Shown: in pieces, positions 10,073 to 19,318 of the stretch
Position numbering within the stretch: position 1 is the first letter of the stretch
How the letters are laid out: every line of letters begins with the position of its first letter
DNA from: Acidobacteriota bacterium
GTDB lineage: Bacteria; Acidobacteriota; Blastocatellia; UBA7656
Direction: 5' to 3'
Assembly (NCBI GenBank): GCA_040754075.1
Contig: JBFMDH010000006.1
Span: forward strand, 102,285-166,284
Length of the DNA: 64,000 nt
Position numbers and translations under genes: made by a program
Notes under the pieces: generated by a model
What the model was told of the DNA's origin: nothing
Databases searched by the model: none
What the model saw: the letters and a program-made list of their open reading frames with translations, nothing else

Positions 10073-11032
10073 TTGGCTCGGACTGCCGAAATTTTTATCA
10101 AGGGTTCATCTTTGGCGACGCATCTGGCAATCAAACCACGCTTACAATTCTGGCAACTGGCTGTGGGGCTTTGTGTGCTGGCGTATCTGGCGCTCGGTAT
10201 ATTGACTCACACGTTGAAAACCTATCACTGGTTTTTATTGCTGGCGATTCCGGGGGCACTATTTGCCGCTGAACGCGGTCGTCGATTTTTTATTGACTGG
10301 CTGCCGCTTTTTGCTTTCTGGTTGGGCTACGACCGCCTGCGTCTCGTCCAACCCCATTTGCTATCACGCGTCGTTGTCGAAGCGCCATATCAATTGGAAG
10401 CCTGGCTATTCGGCTGGTTGTTTGCGGGCGAAGTGCCGCCGCATGCGCTCAGAATATGGCTTGCAACCAACAGCCAGCAATTTTTCGCGCAGGCAATTTT
10501 GCTCAGTGCTCAACTCATCTATTTTTCACACATCTTCATCTTTCCATTGCTGATGCTTTTCTGGTGGTTGAAAAGCGTGTGGTTTGGCGCAAGCCGCGAA
10601 ATTTTCGCGCGTCACCTGCGGGCTTTTACCATTTTGAACGCTCTGGCGATTCTCACCTATTTGCTCTTGCCCGTAGCGCCGCCCTGGTGGGTGAGTTTAT
10701 ATGGTAACGCGCAACCGAACGCGGAACTGGTGGCGCAAACCAATATGGCGATGGCGATGGATGGCGCGCTGGTGCAAAAGATGATTGGCACCGCGCCGAT
10801 GTGGTTTGGCGCAGTGCCTTCGTTGCACGGCGCTTATCCGGTGCTATTTTTTCTGCTCGCCCTTCGTCAAAGAAATTTTTCTCTGCTTACGGGGATTGTC
10901 GTCTATGGTTTGGCGATGTGGTTTTCCACTGTAGTGCTCAATCAACATTACATCATTGATTTATTTGCCGGTGCGATTCTGGCATTTGCGGCTTACCGGT
11001 TAGGCGAACGCCTCTCCAGAAGATTTCGCTGA
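10073..11032 (+). CDS. PAP2-superfamily integral membrane protein (inositol-phosphorylceramide-synthase-like phosphatase)
   Basis: Multiple transmembrane helices and C-terminal PSLHGAY and NQHYIIDLFAG motifs resembling the PAP2 PSGH and SRxxxxxHxxxD motifs. Confidence 0.5.
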   Translation: MARTAEIFIKGSSLATHLAIKPRLQFWQLAVGLCVLAYLALGILTHTLKTYHWFLLLAIPGALFAAERGRRFFIDWLPLFAFWLGYDRLRLVQPHLLSRVVVEAPYQLEAWLFGWLFAGEVPPHALRIWLATNSQQFFAQAILLSAQLIYFSHIFIFPLLMLFWWLKSVWFGASREIFARHLRAFTILNALAILTYLLLPVAPPWWVSLYGNAQPNAELVAQTNMAMAMDGALVQKMIGTAPMWFGAVPSLHGAYPVLFFLLALRQRNFSLLTGIVVYGLAMWFSTVVLNQHYIIDLFAGAILAFAAYRLGERLSRRFR

Positions 11033-11252
11033 GAATAAAATACGCTTCTTAAAAGCGAAAGCTTTGTCCTCGGATTAAGCGGATTGAACCGATAAAGCGG
11101 ATTACATTTTTGCGATGAATCCGCCCAATTCGTTTCATTCGTTCAATCCGCGGATAACTTTTTACCTTCGGCTGATGAGCCAACCAACTTGCTAAGTTAT
11201 CCTGAATGAGCCTGCGGCTTCTCAAAGAATAAAAGCTGAAAAATTATAAGTG

Positions 11253-11281
11253 TTGACAAGGTTAAAAGCCTAAATTATAAA
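11253..11281 (+). promoter_or_regulatory. Candidate sigma-70 promoter (TTGACA, 17-nt spacer, TATAAA) in the AT-rich region upstream of the LuxR gene
   Basis: Hexamers read directly from the sequence. Confidence 0.35.
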
Positions 11282-11470
11282 AGGCTCGAAGCTACAAATA
11301 GTCCCGGAATTTTATAAAAGCAGGGCTAAAAATTATCTCCTTTTTTTCCCTGATGTTCCTGCCCCTTATGAATCGTCTCTTTGCTAATGATTGCTGAGGT
11401 TTTTGTGCCTGAAGGGAATGAACGGATTGCGACCTCTTCATTAGTAGAACAGGAATCAAGGAAAATATCT

Positions 11471-12097
11471 ATGCTCGCTCAAAGTTCTTTTGTCTCTGTG
11501 CCCGTCGAACCACCGCCATTTTTTCAACAAGGAGAGCGGTTCTCCTCACTGGCTAATATCCTTGACGAAATCAACGAAGGCGCACTCTTACTCAATGAAG
11601 AGGGACAGTTGCTCTGGCGCAACCGCGCGTTTGACAAACTTCTGGTTGATAATCGCGAAGGTCATCTGTTGGTGGCTGCCGTCATTGAATTCGCTTCGGA
11701 CTTTTATCAAGACCTCGATGGCGCGGATTTTTCAGGCAATCATCGCGGCAGTTCAAAAATCTATGATGCGACGGTCGGGCGCGTCGAACATGAATTCGTA
11801 TTCTCGTTATTGCCCAAAGGCATGCTTGGAGCCGATTGTTTCCTGCTCTGTGTGGTCAAACGACTGGCGTCCAGATGGTCGAACTATGAAGAACACCTGC
11901 GCCAGAGTTGGTCGCTTACCGAACGCGAGGCGCAAGTCGCTGTTGAATGCCTGCGCGGCAAAAAGAATCTGGAGATTGCCGATTATCTCAAAATCAGCGT
12001 CGAAACGGTCAATAAACATCTGGATAAGGTTTATCAAAAGGCAGGGGTTCGCGGACGCGCCGAACTGGCATCGCGCCTCCTGGACAGCACATTTTAA
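11471..12097 (+). CDS. LuxR-family transcriptional regulator with an N-terminal sensory (PAS-like) domain
   Basis: C-terminal LuxR helix-turn-helix LTEREAQVAVE..NLEIADYLKISVETVNKHL. ATG at 11471 with an AAGGA site. The ORF extends upstream to a TTG at 11381. Confidence 0.7.
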   Translation: MLAQSSFVSVPVEPPPFFQQGERFSSLANILDEINEGALLLNEEGQLLWRNRAFDKLLVDNREGHLLVAAVIEFASDFYQDLDGADFSGNHRGSSKIYDATVGRVEHEFVFSLLPKGMLGADCFLLCVVKRLASRWSNYEEHLRQSWSLTEREAQVAVECLRGKKNLEIADYLKISVETVNKHLDKVYQKAGVRGRAELASRLLDSTF

Positions 12098-12247
12098 TTT
12101 GCCAAATTCAATTTTCTTGCAACGCGCATAAGCTTCGGTGTCGGAGTTTGTGCGCGTTGGCGTTTGTAGACCGCCAACTATTTTGCATCGGCTGCACTTT
12201 AAAATGAACTTGCAAGGACTCGGTGGCAGCGATTATTTTTTAATCCG

Positions 12248-12517
12248 ATGCAAATCAATAAATCCATTGCAACTGTTTTCACGCCGCTTGATGATGGCAC
12301 GGGCATCTTACTTAATAAAGAGACGAAATCCACCTACAGCCTGAATCGCACCGGGTCATTGCTTTGGAAATTGCTCGAAGAAGTCCACAGCGTGTCGCTT
12401 GACGACCTGGTGTTGATTACCTGTGAACGCTTTGATGTTGGCGAAGATGATGCGCGGCTGGCGCTGCTTGCCTTCGTTGACCGCCTGGAAAAATACCGCA
12501 TGATTAAACTCTCCTGA
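12248..12517 (+). CDS. PqqD-family protein (RiPP recognition element, RRE)
   Basis: 89 aa with ..DDGTGILLNKETKSTYSLNRTGSLLWKLL..VSLDDLV..F.V.EDDARLALLAFVDRLEKYRMIK, typical of PqqD/RRE proteins. Confidence 0.6.
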   Translation: MQINKSIATVFTPLDDGTGILLNKETKSTYSLNRTGSLLWKLLEEVHSVSLDDLVLITCERFDVGEDDARLALLAFVDRLEKYRMIKLS

Positions 12518-12745
12518 AGTAATCGCCTGATAAATTCCGCAAGGTCGCCACTGTTTGTATAGTTTATTTTGAATTCGCGGATGCTTACCTGACGGCATTT
12601 GTCAGCCCGGTTATTCCAGTTTTTGTTACACCGATTTGGGGAAGGCGCAGTGCAGGCTTTTATTTTTAATAATTTAGGCTTACCCAAACAGGGCTGAGCC
12701 TTTGGCACGAGCCTTGCCAAATGAAACAGCGTATCTCGAAAGTAT

Positions 12746-12863
12746 GCAGCAATCGGGGTCACGGGGGCGACGCAGATTGCTGCTAACTTAGGGAAGCGAC
12801 AGAAGCACTTTCAATGAGCCACAGCGGGTTAGGGTCACGGGGGCGACGCTGACCTACTGTGGC
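12746..12863 (+). other. Twin stem-loops (12746-12783 and 12818-12863) each carrying the identical 18-nt loop core GGGTCACGGGGGCGACGC; candidate cis-regulatory or small RNA element
   Basis: Stems GCAGCAATC/GATTGCTGC and GCCACAG/CTGTGGC. The shared core falls in different reading frames in the two copies, so it is unlikely to be coding. Confidence 0.4.
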
Positions 12864-13003
12864 TTACTTACATGCTCGACTCCCCCTGAGCAAAGCGCTT
12901 ATTCAAAATATTTTTATCTCCCTTTAACGCTGTCTTAACAACTCAGGAATATAATCAACCTTCTAAGAGATGTAATTCTTGAAAGGAGTATGGGGGATTG
13001 ATT

Positions 13004-13204
13004 ATGAACAATTCGATTTCCAATATACAAAAAAACATCGCGTCATTTGTGCCGGGCGAAAATGTTGAAACCAGTTTCGGACCCGGTGTGGTTTCAAGCG
13101 TCAATCTGATTGATTCGCTGATTTATGTGGCTTTGTCACGCAAGCCCAAAGCGCTCTACATTTTCAAACCTGAACAATTGAATGAAGCAACGGCTGGCGT
13201 ATAA
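13004..13204 (+). CDS. Unannotated small protein (66 aa) downstream of the PqqD-like gene
   Basis: ATG with GGAG/GGGGGA upstream and a 201-nt open frame. No homolog recalled. Confidence 0.3.
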   Translation: MNNSISNIQKNIASFVPGENVETSFGPGVVSSVNLIDSLIYVALSRKPKALYIFKPEQLNEATAGV

Positions 13205-13256
13205 CAGAGCCTCACACTGGCTTGCGAATCAACTATCGCAAGTTGTTCAGGAGGCA

Positions 13257-13391
13257 ATGATGGAATTTATGACCGTAACCGGAACGCAGGATGGTCGTCG
13301 CTATATCGCGATTTACCGAAAATGGTTTAACGAAAAATTGAGCGCCTGGGAACTCAATATGGTTCCGGGCACGTTGCGCTGGTTGAGCTGA
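13257..13391 (+). CDS. Unannotated small peptide (44 aa, MMEFMTVTGTQDGRRYIAIYRKWFNEKLSAWELNMVPGTLRWLS)
   Basis: ATGATG start with a CAGGAGG ribosome-binding site 4 nt upstream. Confidence 0.3.
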   Translation: MMEFMTVTGTQDGRRYIAIYRKWFNEKLSAWELNMVPGTLRWLS

Positions 13392-13708
13392 CGGCTTCCC
13401 GCAATTGATTTCAACCGCCATCAAGTAATCGAAATCAACCTCACCCACCCTTGAACGACGGCTCTTCGTCCTCTCTGAATTTGCTTATTTTCCCTTCAAA
13501 TAGCCGATTTTATCGCTGCCAGGCATCCGTCATCTTTATTAACAAAGCGTTTTCCTAAGCCACGATTGACAATGCTTTCAAGCGTGTGCTAAAAGCAATC
13601 CCGTCAAGTAAGCATATAGTTTTTTCCAGCAGCAATACTCAATAATCGAAAGTTTACGAGTAAGAATTTCTGCGCGTTGACGCTCTCTTAAAATGCGCAA
13701 GTGCGGGG

Positions 13709-14656
13709 TTGAAAATGTCAGACGAAACCAAAGACCCTAACGCAACTCAAGACACGCCTCAGACGGAAGAACCGCCTAAACCGGAAGCGGTTCCGGCTTC
13801 TACAGAAGCCGCAGCCAAATCGCCAGACGCCAAACTCACCGAAACTGCCAACGTTGAGTCATCAGCGGAAGCCGATAAACCCGTCGATGCCAAGCCGGTT
13901 GACACACCCTCAACCGAAACTCAGACAAAACCTGAAGCGCCTGCTGAAGTATCAACAAAACCCGAACCCCCTAAAGCTGAAGCGCCCGCAAAACCTGCAC
14001 CGCCGCCGCGTCCGCCCGCGCCGCCCAAAGCCACGCCGACGGCTGCCGCCGCAGGTGGACACAAACCGCCCGCGCCGCCCGCAAAAAAAGGGCCGGTCGT
14101 TACGGTTGAGATTACCGACGATCCGTTTATTGATAAAATTAAAGCTAAATTCGGTGATGCCATTTCAGAAGCGGTCGCAACTTACGGACAGAAAATTGTC
14201 CGTGTTAAAAAAGCGACTTATCACGAATTGCTTGAGTTTTTGCATGATGACCCGGACAGCGAGTTCGATATGCTCGCGGATTTAACCGCCATGCATTATC
14301 CGGCAAAAGCCGGTGAAGAGTTCGATATTGTCGCGCAGCTTTATTCAACGACGAAAAATCAACGGTTGCGCGTGAAGACCGCGGTTGCCGATGGCGAAGA
14401 TGCGCCGAGCGTCACGGATATTTGGGAAGGGGCAAATTGGATGGAGCGCGAAGCCTACGATATGTTCGGCGTCAAATTCAGCGGACACCCGGATATGCGC
14501 CGCATCCTACTGCCGGAAGATTGGCCCGGCTTTCCGCTTCGCAAAGAATATCCGATTGAATATCGCGACAATGAGTGGACGGATAAACACATCGAATATC
14601 GCGAGGTCGATTACGATACCAGTTTGATTAATGTGCGTTATGCAGAACGCCGATAA
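13709..14656 (+). CDS. nuoC: NADH-quinone oxidoreductase subunit C (30 kDa) with a roughly 130-aa Pro/Ala/Lys/Glu-rich N-terminal extension
   Basis: C-terminal 180 aa match the NuoC core (EREAYDMFGVKFSGHPD, LPEDWPGFPLRKEYP). Confidence 0.85.
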   Translation: MKMSDETKDPNATQDTPQTEEPPKPEAVPASTEAAAKSPDAKLTETANVESSAEADKPVDAKPVDTPSTETQTKPEAPAEVSTKPEPPKAEAPAKPAPPPRPPAPPKATPTAAAAGGHKPPAPPAKKGPVVTVEITDDPFIDKIKAKFGDAISEAVATYGQKIVRVKKATYHELLEFLHDDPDSEFDMLADLTAMHYPAKAGEEFDIVAQLYSTTKNQRLRVKTAVADGEDAPSVTDIWEGANWMEREAYDMFGVKFSGHPDMRRILLPEDWPGFPLRKEYPIEYRDNEWTDKHIEYREVDYDTSLINVRYAERR

Positions 14657-14665
14657 ATAGATTTT

Positions 14666-14730
14666 AGTTTGTAGCCCATAGTCCGTAGTTCAGATTTCTG
14701 CTACGGGCTACGGGCTACAAACTGCGGACT
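14666..14730. repeat. Tandem-heptamer hairpin with unit AGCCCGT/AGTCCGT
   Basis: Left arm (AGTTTGT)(AGCCCAT)(AGTCCGT)(AGTTCAG). The reverse complement of the right arm is (AGTCCGC)(AGTTTGT)(AGCCCGT)(AGCCCGT). Confidence 0.75.
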
Positions 14731-14737
14731 CATCAAT

Positions 14738-15871
14738 ATGCAATCCATCGAAGTAACCAAACCACACGAAACGTTACTCGACACCGAAGAGATGGTGTTG
14801 AATATGGGACCGCAACACCCTTCGACGCACGGCGTGTTGCGCGTCATTTTAAAGCTTGATGGCGAGACCGTCACCGACCTTGATTGCGATGTCGGCTACC
14901 TGCACAGAGGCGTTGAAAAGATTGCCGAAAATTGCACCTATCAGATGATTACCCCTTACTGGGATCGGCTCGATTACGTTGCCGCGGTTTCAAACGACCT
15001 GGTTTATGTCGAAGCCGTCGAGAAATTGTTGCAGGTCGAAGTGCCGCGTCGCGCTCAGTATTTGCGGGTGATTTTAACCGAACTGCAACGCATTGCTTCG
15101 CATCTGCTGTGGCTTGGCACCCACGCCATTGATATTGGCGCAGTCACTGTGCTGCTTTATTGTTTCCGCGAGCGCGAAGAGATTTTGAAAATCTTTGAAG
15201 ATTTCATCGGCGCGCGCTTAACGGCGCATGCGTTTCGCATCGGTGGTTTGTGGTGGGATGCTTACCCGGAATTTGTTGAGCGGGTGCGCGCCTTTATTCA
15301 GATGATGCCCGGTCGCATTGATGAATACGAAACCCTGTTGAACACCAATCGCATCTGGCTGTCGCGCACGGTCGGCATCGGACATATCTCTGCCGAAGAC
15401 GCGATCAATTACAGTTTGACGGGTCCTGTGCTGCGCGGGTCGGGGGTCAAATATGACATTCGCAAAGCCAATCCCTACTCGGCGTATTCCGAATTCGATT
15501 TTGAAGTTCCGATTGGCGAAAACGGCGACACCTATGACCGTTATCTTTGCCGCATGGCTGAACTCAGGCAATCGCTGCTTATCATTGAACAGGCATTGAA
15601 TGGATTGCCGGAGGGACCGGTGATGGCGAAGGTGCCCAAGATTATCAAACCGCCGGTTGGCGAAGTGTATCATTCGATTGAAGCGCCGAAAGGTGAAATC
15701 GGCGTTTATCTGGTGAGCGATGGAACCGGTAAACCCTATCGCATGCGTATTCGTCCGCCTTCATTTATTAATCTGCAAGCGTTGAAGAAGATGTCCATCG
15801 GGCATCTGGTCGCAGATGTTGTGGCAATCATCGGAACGATTGACATCGTTCTGGGCGAAGTTGACAGGTAA
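14738..15871 (+). CDS. nuoD: NADH-quinone oxidoreductase subunit D (49 kDa)
   Basis: Conserved throughout, 377 aa. Confidence 0.9.
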   Translation: MQSIEVTKPHETLLDTEEMVLNMGPQHPSTHGVLRVILKLDGETVTDLDCDVGYLHRGVEKIAENCTYQMITPYWDRLDYVAAVSNDLVYVEAVEKLLQVEVPRRAQYLRVILTELQRIASHLLWLGTHAIDIGAVTVLLYCFREREEILKIFEDFIGARLTAHAFRIGGLWWDAYPEFVERVRAFIQMMPGRIDEYETLLNTNRIWLSRTVGIGHISAEDAINYSLTGPVLRGSGVKYDIRKANPYSAYSEFDFEVPIGENGDTYDRYLCRMAELRQSLLIIEQALNGLPEGPVMAKVPKIIKPPVGEVYHSIEAPKGEIGVYLVSDGTGKPYRMRIRPPSFINLQALKKMSIGHLVADVVAIIGTIDIVLGEVDR

Positions 15872-15874
15872 TTT

Positions 15875-15928
15875 CAGTAATGAGTGATGAGTTATCGCTC
15901 GTCATTCTTTACTCATCACTGATCACTG
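15875..15928. repeat. Tandem-heptamer hairpin with unit AGTAATG/AGTGATG
   Basis: CAGTAATGAGTGATGAGTTATCG ... reverse complement of CTTTACTCATCACTGATCACTGAA. Confidence 0.7.
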
Positions 15929-15935
15929 AAGAACT

Positions 15936-17267
15936 ATGCAAGCACTCCTAACTATAACGTTGTTTGTTGCGCCGGAATGGGTGAGAAATCTGACAGGCGA
16001 AAAATTGCCCAATGTTTTCTGGGCTGAATATGTCGTCTGGCCGCTCGTTCAAATTATTGTTGTGCTTTTCATCATTCTGACGCTGGTGGCTTATCTGGTT
16101 TATGTCGAGCGTAAGGTATCGGCATTCATGCAGGCGCGACTCGGGCCGATGCGCGTTGGTCCTTGGGGACTATTGCAACCGGCTGCCGACGGACTCAAAC
16201 TCTTACTCAAAGAAGACATCATTCCGATTAAAGCCGACAAAGCGATTTTCCAACTCGCGCCGATTATTTCGGTCGCCGCGGCACTCGTTGTGCTGGCGGT
16301 CATTCCCTGGGGCGCGGCTTGGGCAACAATTGCCAACGTCAACATCGGCTTGCTGTTCATTCTCGCGGTGTCCTCGGTCGGGGTGCTTGGTTTAGTGCTT
16401 GCCGGTTGGTCATCGAATTCAAAATATTCATTGCTTGGGGCGCTTCGTTCATCGGCACAGATGGTGAGCTATGAAATCGGCATGGGACTTTCAATCATCG
16501 GGGCATTGATGTTTGCCCGCACCCTGTCGATGAACGGCATCATTGAAGCCCAACGCGCCGATGGCATCTGGTATTTTCTTTTTCAACCGCTCGGCTTTCT
16601 GGTTTATATCATCAGCGCGCTTGGCGAAACCAACCGCGCGCCATTCGATTTACCCGAAGCCGAATCCGAACTCGTCGCCGGTTATCACACGGAGTATTCG
16701 GGCTTTCGCTGGGCGCTGTTTTTTATGGCGGAATACACCGCGATGATTGTCACGTCGGCAATTGCGGTTACACTCTTTTTAGGCGGCTGGTCGTTTCCAG
16801 GATTGGATTTGATTAAAGACCCGAATATCTATGTGATTGCCAGCGTCCTGGTTTTTGCCGCAAAAGTCATGGCGTTGATTTACGCTTATATGTGGTTCCG
16901 CTGGACGTGGCCGCGTTATCGTTACGATCAGTTGATGGAACTCGGTTGGAAATGGATGATTCCGGCAGGGTTGGTGAACATCGTCCTCACGGGAATTTTA
17001 TATGTGCTGGCAATGCCGAAATCGCGCGGTGGATTTTTTGATTTCATGCACGAAGTCAACGGGCGGTTGACGCCAACCGGCGCGGGAAAAGTTTTCTTTA
17101 TTGTCACCGGTTTTTTAATCACCATTCCGGTGTCGTGGGCGATACTCGCATACATCAATCGCCATTCGCCGGATTTCAATTTAGATGAACAGCGACAGTT
17201 GCAAATCGCTTTGCGGCGCGAACGGCTGAAGAAAATCGAAGCGCAGTCGCCCGCCGAATCGAATTGA
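15936..17267 (+). CDS. nuoH: NADH-quinone oxidoreductase subunit H with a roughly 100-aa C-terminal extension
   Basis: Conserved NuoH core. Confidence 0.9.
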   Translation: MQALLTITLFVAPEWVRNLTGEKLPNVFWAEYVVWPLVQIIVVLFIILTLVAYLVYVERKVSAFMQARLGPMRVGPWGLLQPAADGLKLLLKEDIIPIKADKAIFQLAPIISVAAALVVLAVIPWGAAWATIANVNIGLLFILAVSSVGVLGLVLAGWSSNSKYSLLGALRSSAQMVSYEIGMGLSIIGALMFARTLSMNGIIEAQRADGIWYFLFQPLGFLVYIISALGETNRAPFDLPEAESELVAGYHTEYSGFRWALFFMAEYTAMIVTSAIAVTLFLGGWSFPGLDLIKDPNIYVIASVLVFAAKVMALIYAYMWFRWTWPRYRYDQLMELGWKWMIPAGLVNIVLTGILYVLAMPKSRGGFFDFMHEVNGRLTPTGAGKVFFIVTGFLITIPVSWAILAYINRHSPDFNLDEQRQLQIALRRERLKKIEAQSPAESN

Positions 17268-17280
17268 AAATCGTCTTAGG

Positions 17281-17353
17281 TTCAACCAGCGGTCTTTGAC
17301 CGCGACCTGGTGAGAAAGCGATTGACTATTTAGCGAGTGGTCTTTGACCGCAC
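17281..17353. repeat. REP-like elements, two direct copies
   Basis: CAGCGGTCTTTGACCGCGA and GTGGTCTTTGACCGCAC. Confidence 0.65.
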
Positions 17354-17410
17354 AATCAATGGCGTTAAACCATATTGAATTTGTCCTAATAAATTTGTAG
17401 TAGGTGAATT

Positions 17411-17956
17411 ATGACAGTCACATCAGTGCCGGGAAGAAGGCGAACTTTTACGAATGCCATCAAACGGCTGCTTTTGATTGATTTATTCAAAGGTCTGGCA
17501 GTGACCTTTAAATATAATCTTCGCGCCTTGTATGAAAAACGCGAAGGCGGCAATCCCAATCAGGCGATTTACACCGAGCAGTATCCGCTCGAACCGGCTC
17601 GCGTATCCGAGCGGTTTCGCGGCGCGCCGCGTCTCAACCTCGACCCGGAAACCGGCGGCACATTGTGTATTGCCTGCGACCTGTGCGCGCTGGCGTGCCC
17701 GGTTGATTGCATCACCGTCAACTCGACCCGTCGCGAAGTGCGTGACGGCGAAAAGGTGAACAAGAAAAAAGTGCTCACCACCTTTTTCTTCGACACCTCG
17801 CGTTGTATGTTTTGCAATCTCTGTTCGGAAGCCTGCCCGACCGATTGTCTGGAACTGACGCAAAGCTTCGAGCTTGCGGTTTATCACCGTTCAGGTTTCC
17901 GCTGGGATAGAGAAATGCTCGAAAAGGGCGTGAAGTATGTGAAATATAATAAGTAG
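17411..17956 (+). CDS. nuoI: NADH-quinone oxidoreductase subunit I (two 4Fe-4S ferredoxin motifs)
   Basis: CIACDLCALACP and CMFCNLCSEACP motifs. Confidence 0.9.
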   Translation: MTVTSVPGRRRTFTNAIKRLLLIDLFKGLAVTFKYNLRALYEKREGGNPNQAIYTEQYPLEPARVSERFRGAPRLNLDPETGGTLCIACDLCALACPVDCITVNSTRREVRDGEKVNKKKVLTTFFFDTSRCMFCNLCSEACPTDCLELTQSFELAVYHRSGFRWDREMLEKGVKYVKYNK

Positions 17957-18117
17957 TCCAGAGTCTGGAGTCTGGAGTCTGGAGTCAAAATAAAGAAAAG
18001 TGAAGTATGAATGATGAGGTATGAACAATTAAATTATTCTTTCAGTTCATCGTTCCGACTTTATCGTTTTCCTAAATTCTGACTCCCGACGCCAGACGCC
18101 AGACTCCAGACTCCCGG
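17954..18117. repeat. Tandem-heptamer hairpin with unit CTGGAGT; the longest one, with about 34-nt arms and a 93-nt interior carrying a secondary palindrome
   Basis: Left arm (CCAGAGT)(CTGGAGT)x3. The reverse complement of the right arm is (GGGAGT)(CTGGAGT)(CTGGCGT)(CTGGCGT)(CGGGAGT). Confidence 0.8.
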
Positions 18118-18124
18118 AGAATGG

Positions 18125-18721
18125 ATGCAACTACACGGATGGGAAGCAGTTCTCTTTTATGTACTGGCGTTTTCGACGCTGATTATGGGTGTGCTGGTGG
18201 TGTCGGCGCGCATCGCTGTACATTCGGCGCTTTTTTTAATCGGCACGCTGGTCAACATCGCCTTGCTGTTTATTCTGCTGCGCTCTGAATTCGTCGCCGG
18301 TGTGCAGATACTGGTTTATGTCGGCGGCGTGATGGTTTTGTTCCTGTTCGTCATTATGCTGGTGCAGACCCGCGCCGAAGAAGAGGCGAAAATCAAACTC
18401 TACACCGGGCAGATGTGGAGCGCCGTGGTCATTGCCTTGCTGCTTGCGGGCGGATTCTTTTTCGCCATGCATCCGGCGCAACCGGCATTTCGTCCGTCAA
18501 TCGAAGCCGCGCAGGAAACCCAGAGTAAACAGGACGAAGCCACCGAACGCACCCAAGCCGGTGCCGGTCAGGCAATTTCCACCGACACTCAGGATGTCGG
18601 TCAGGCGCTTTATAAAGAAGCTGCGCTGCCTTTTGAAATCGCTTCGGTGTTGTTACTCGTCGCGATGGTTGGCGCGGTGTTGCTCGCACGCGGCACCAAA
18701 CAAGAGAGCGAGCATAATTGA
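18125..18721 (+). CDS. nuoJ: NADH-quinone oxidoreductase subunit J with a charged C-terminal extension
   Basis: Conserved NuoJ transmembrane core. Confidence 0.85.
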   Translation: MQLHGWEAVLFYVLAFSTLIMGVLVVSARIAVHSALFLIGTLVNIALLFILLRSEFVAGVQILVYVGGVMVLFLFVIMLVQTRAEEEAKIKLYTGQMWSAVVIALLLAGGFFFAMHPAQPAFRPSIEAAQETQSKQDEATERTQAGAGQAISTDTQDVGQALYKEAALPFEIASVLLLVAMVGAVLLARGTKQESEHN

Positions 18722-18795
18722 TTCGCAATTTTCCTTCGCCGCATTAATTGATTCGATTTTCATTCGCTCATTTTTGATTCATTGAGGAGAACGCT

Positions 18796-19227
18796 GTGAC
18801 CCATCTTCTGTTAAGCGCATTCGGATTCTTAGCATTTATCCAAACTCAAGCTCAACAAAACGAACCATTCCTCAAACGTTTTGAACCGACGCTGGTCAAT
18901 TTTCTGATGCTCAGTTTTCTGTTATTTGTCGTCGGCATTGCAGGTGTTTTGTCGCGGCGCAATATCATCATCATTTTCATGTCCATTGAACTGATATTGA
19001 ATGCGGTCAATCTCAATTTGATTGCCTTCTCGCGCTATTTTCAATTGAACCCGGATGCATTAAAGAAGATGGGGCTTGACCCGAATCCGCTTTCCGGGCA
19101 GGTCTTTACAATTTTCATCATCGTCGTTGCCGCTGCCGAAGCCGCAGTCGGACTAGGTATCGTCATCTCGCTTTTCCGCAATCGCGAAACCGTCGAGGTT
19201 GACGAAATTGATTTATTGAAATGGTAA
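18796..19227 (+). CDS. nuoK: NADH-quinone oxidoreductase subunit K (GTG start, GAGGAG ribosome-binding site, about 35-aa N-terminal extension)
   Basis: Conserved ..[25 protein letters not shown].. NuoK core. Confidence 0.85.
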   Translation: MTHLLLSAFGFLAFIQTQAQQNEPFLKRFEPTLVNFLMLSFLLFVVGIAGVLSRRNIIIIFMSIELILNAVNLNLIAFSRYFQLNPDALKKMGLDPNPLSGQVFTIFIIVVAAAEAAVGLGIVISLFRNRETVEVDEIDLLKW

Positions 19228-19233
19228 CTAGCA

Positions 19234-19311
19234 AGTAATGAGTAATGAGTGATGAGTGATGAGTGGATAGCCCACAACTTACTCATTACTCATTACTCAT
19301 TACTCATCACT
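19234..19311. repeat. Tandem-heptamer hairpin with unit AGTAATG
   Basis: Left arm (AGTAATG)x2(AGTGATG)x2. The reverse complement of the right arm is (AGTGATG)(AGTAATG)x3. The loop is GATAGCCCACAA. Confidence 0.85.
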
Positions 19312-19318
19312 TGGAAAT

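Noticed and set aside
12334-12762. 142-aa minus-strand ORF overlapping the PqqD-like gene
   Set aside because: It is antisense to a gene with good family similarity and runs into the stem-loop region. It has a low-complexity Ser/Arg-rich translation.
12756-12849. Two 18-nt direct repeats, considered as a minimal CRISPR array
   Set aside because: There are only two copies and the repeats are loops of hairpins with different stems. There are no cas genes and the repeat is too short, so this is not CRISPR.
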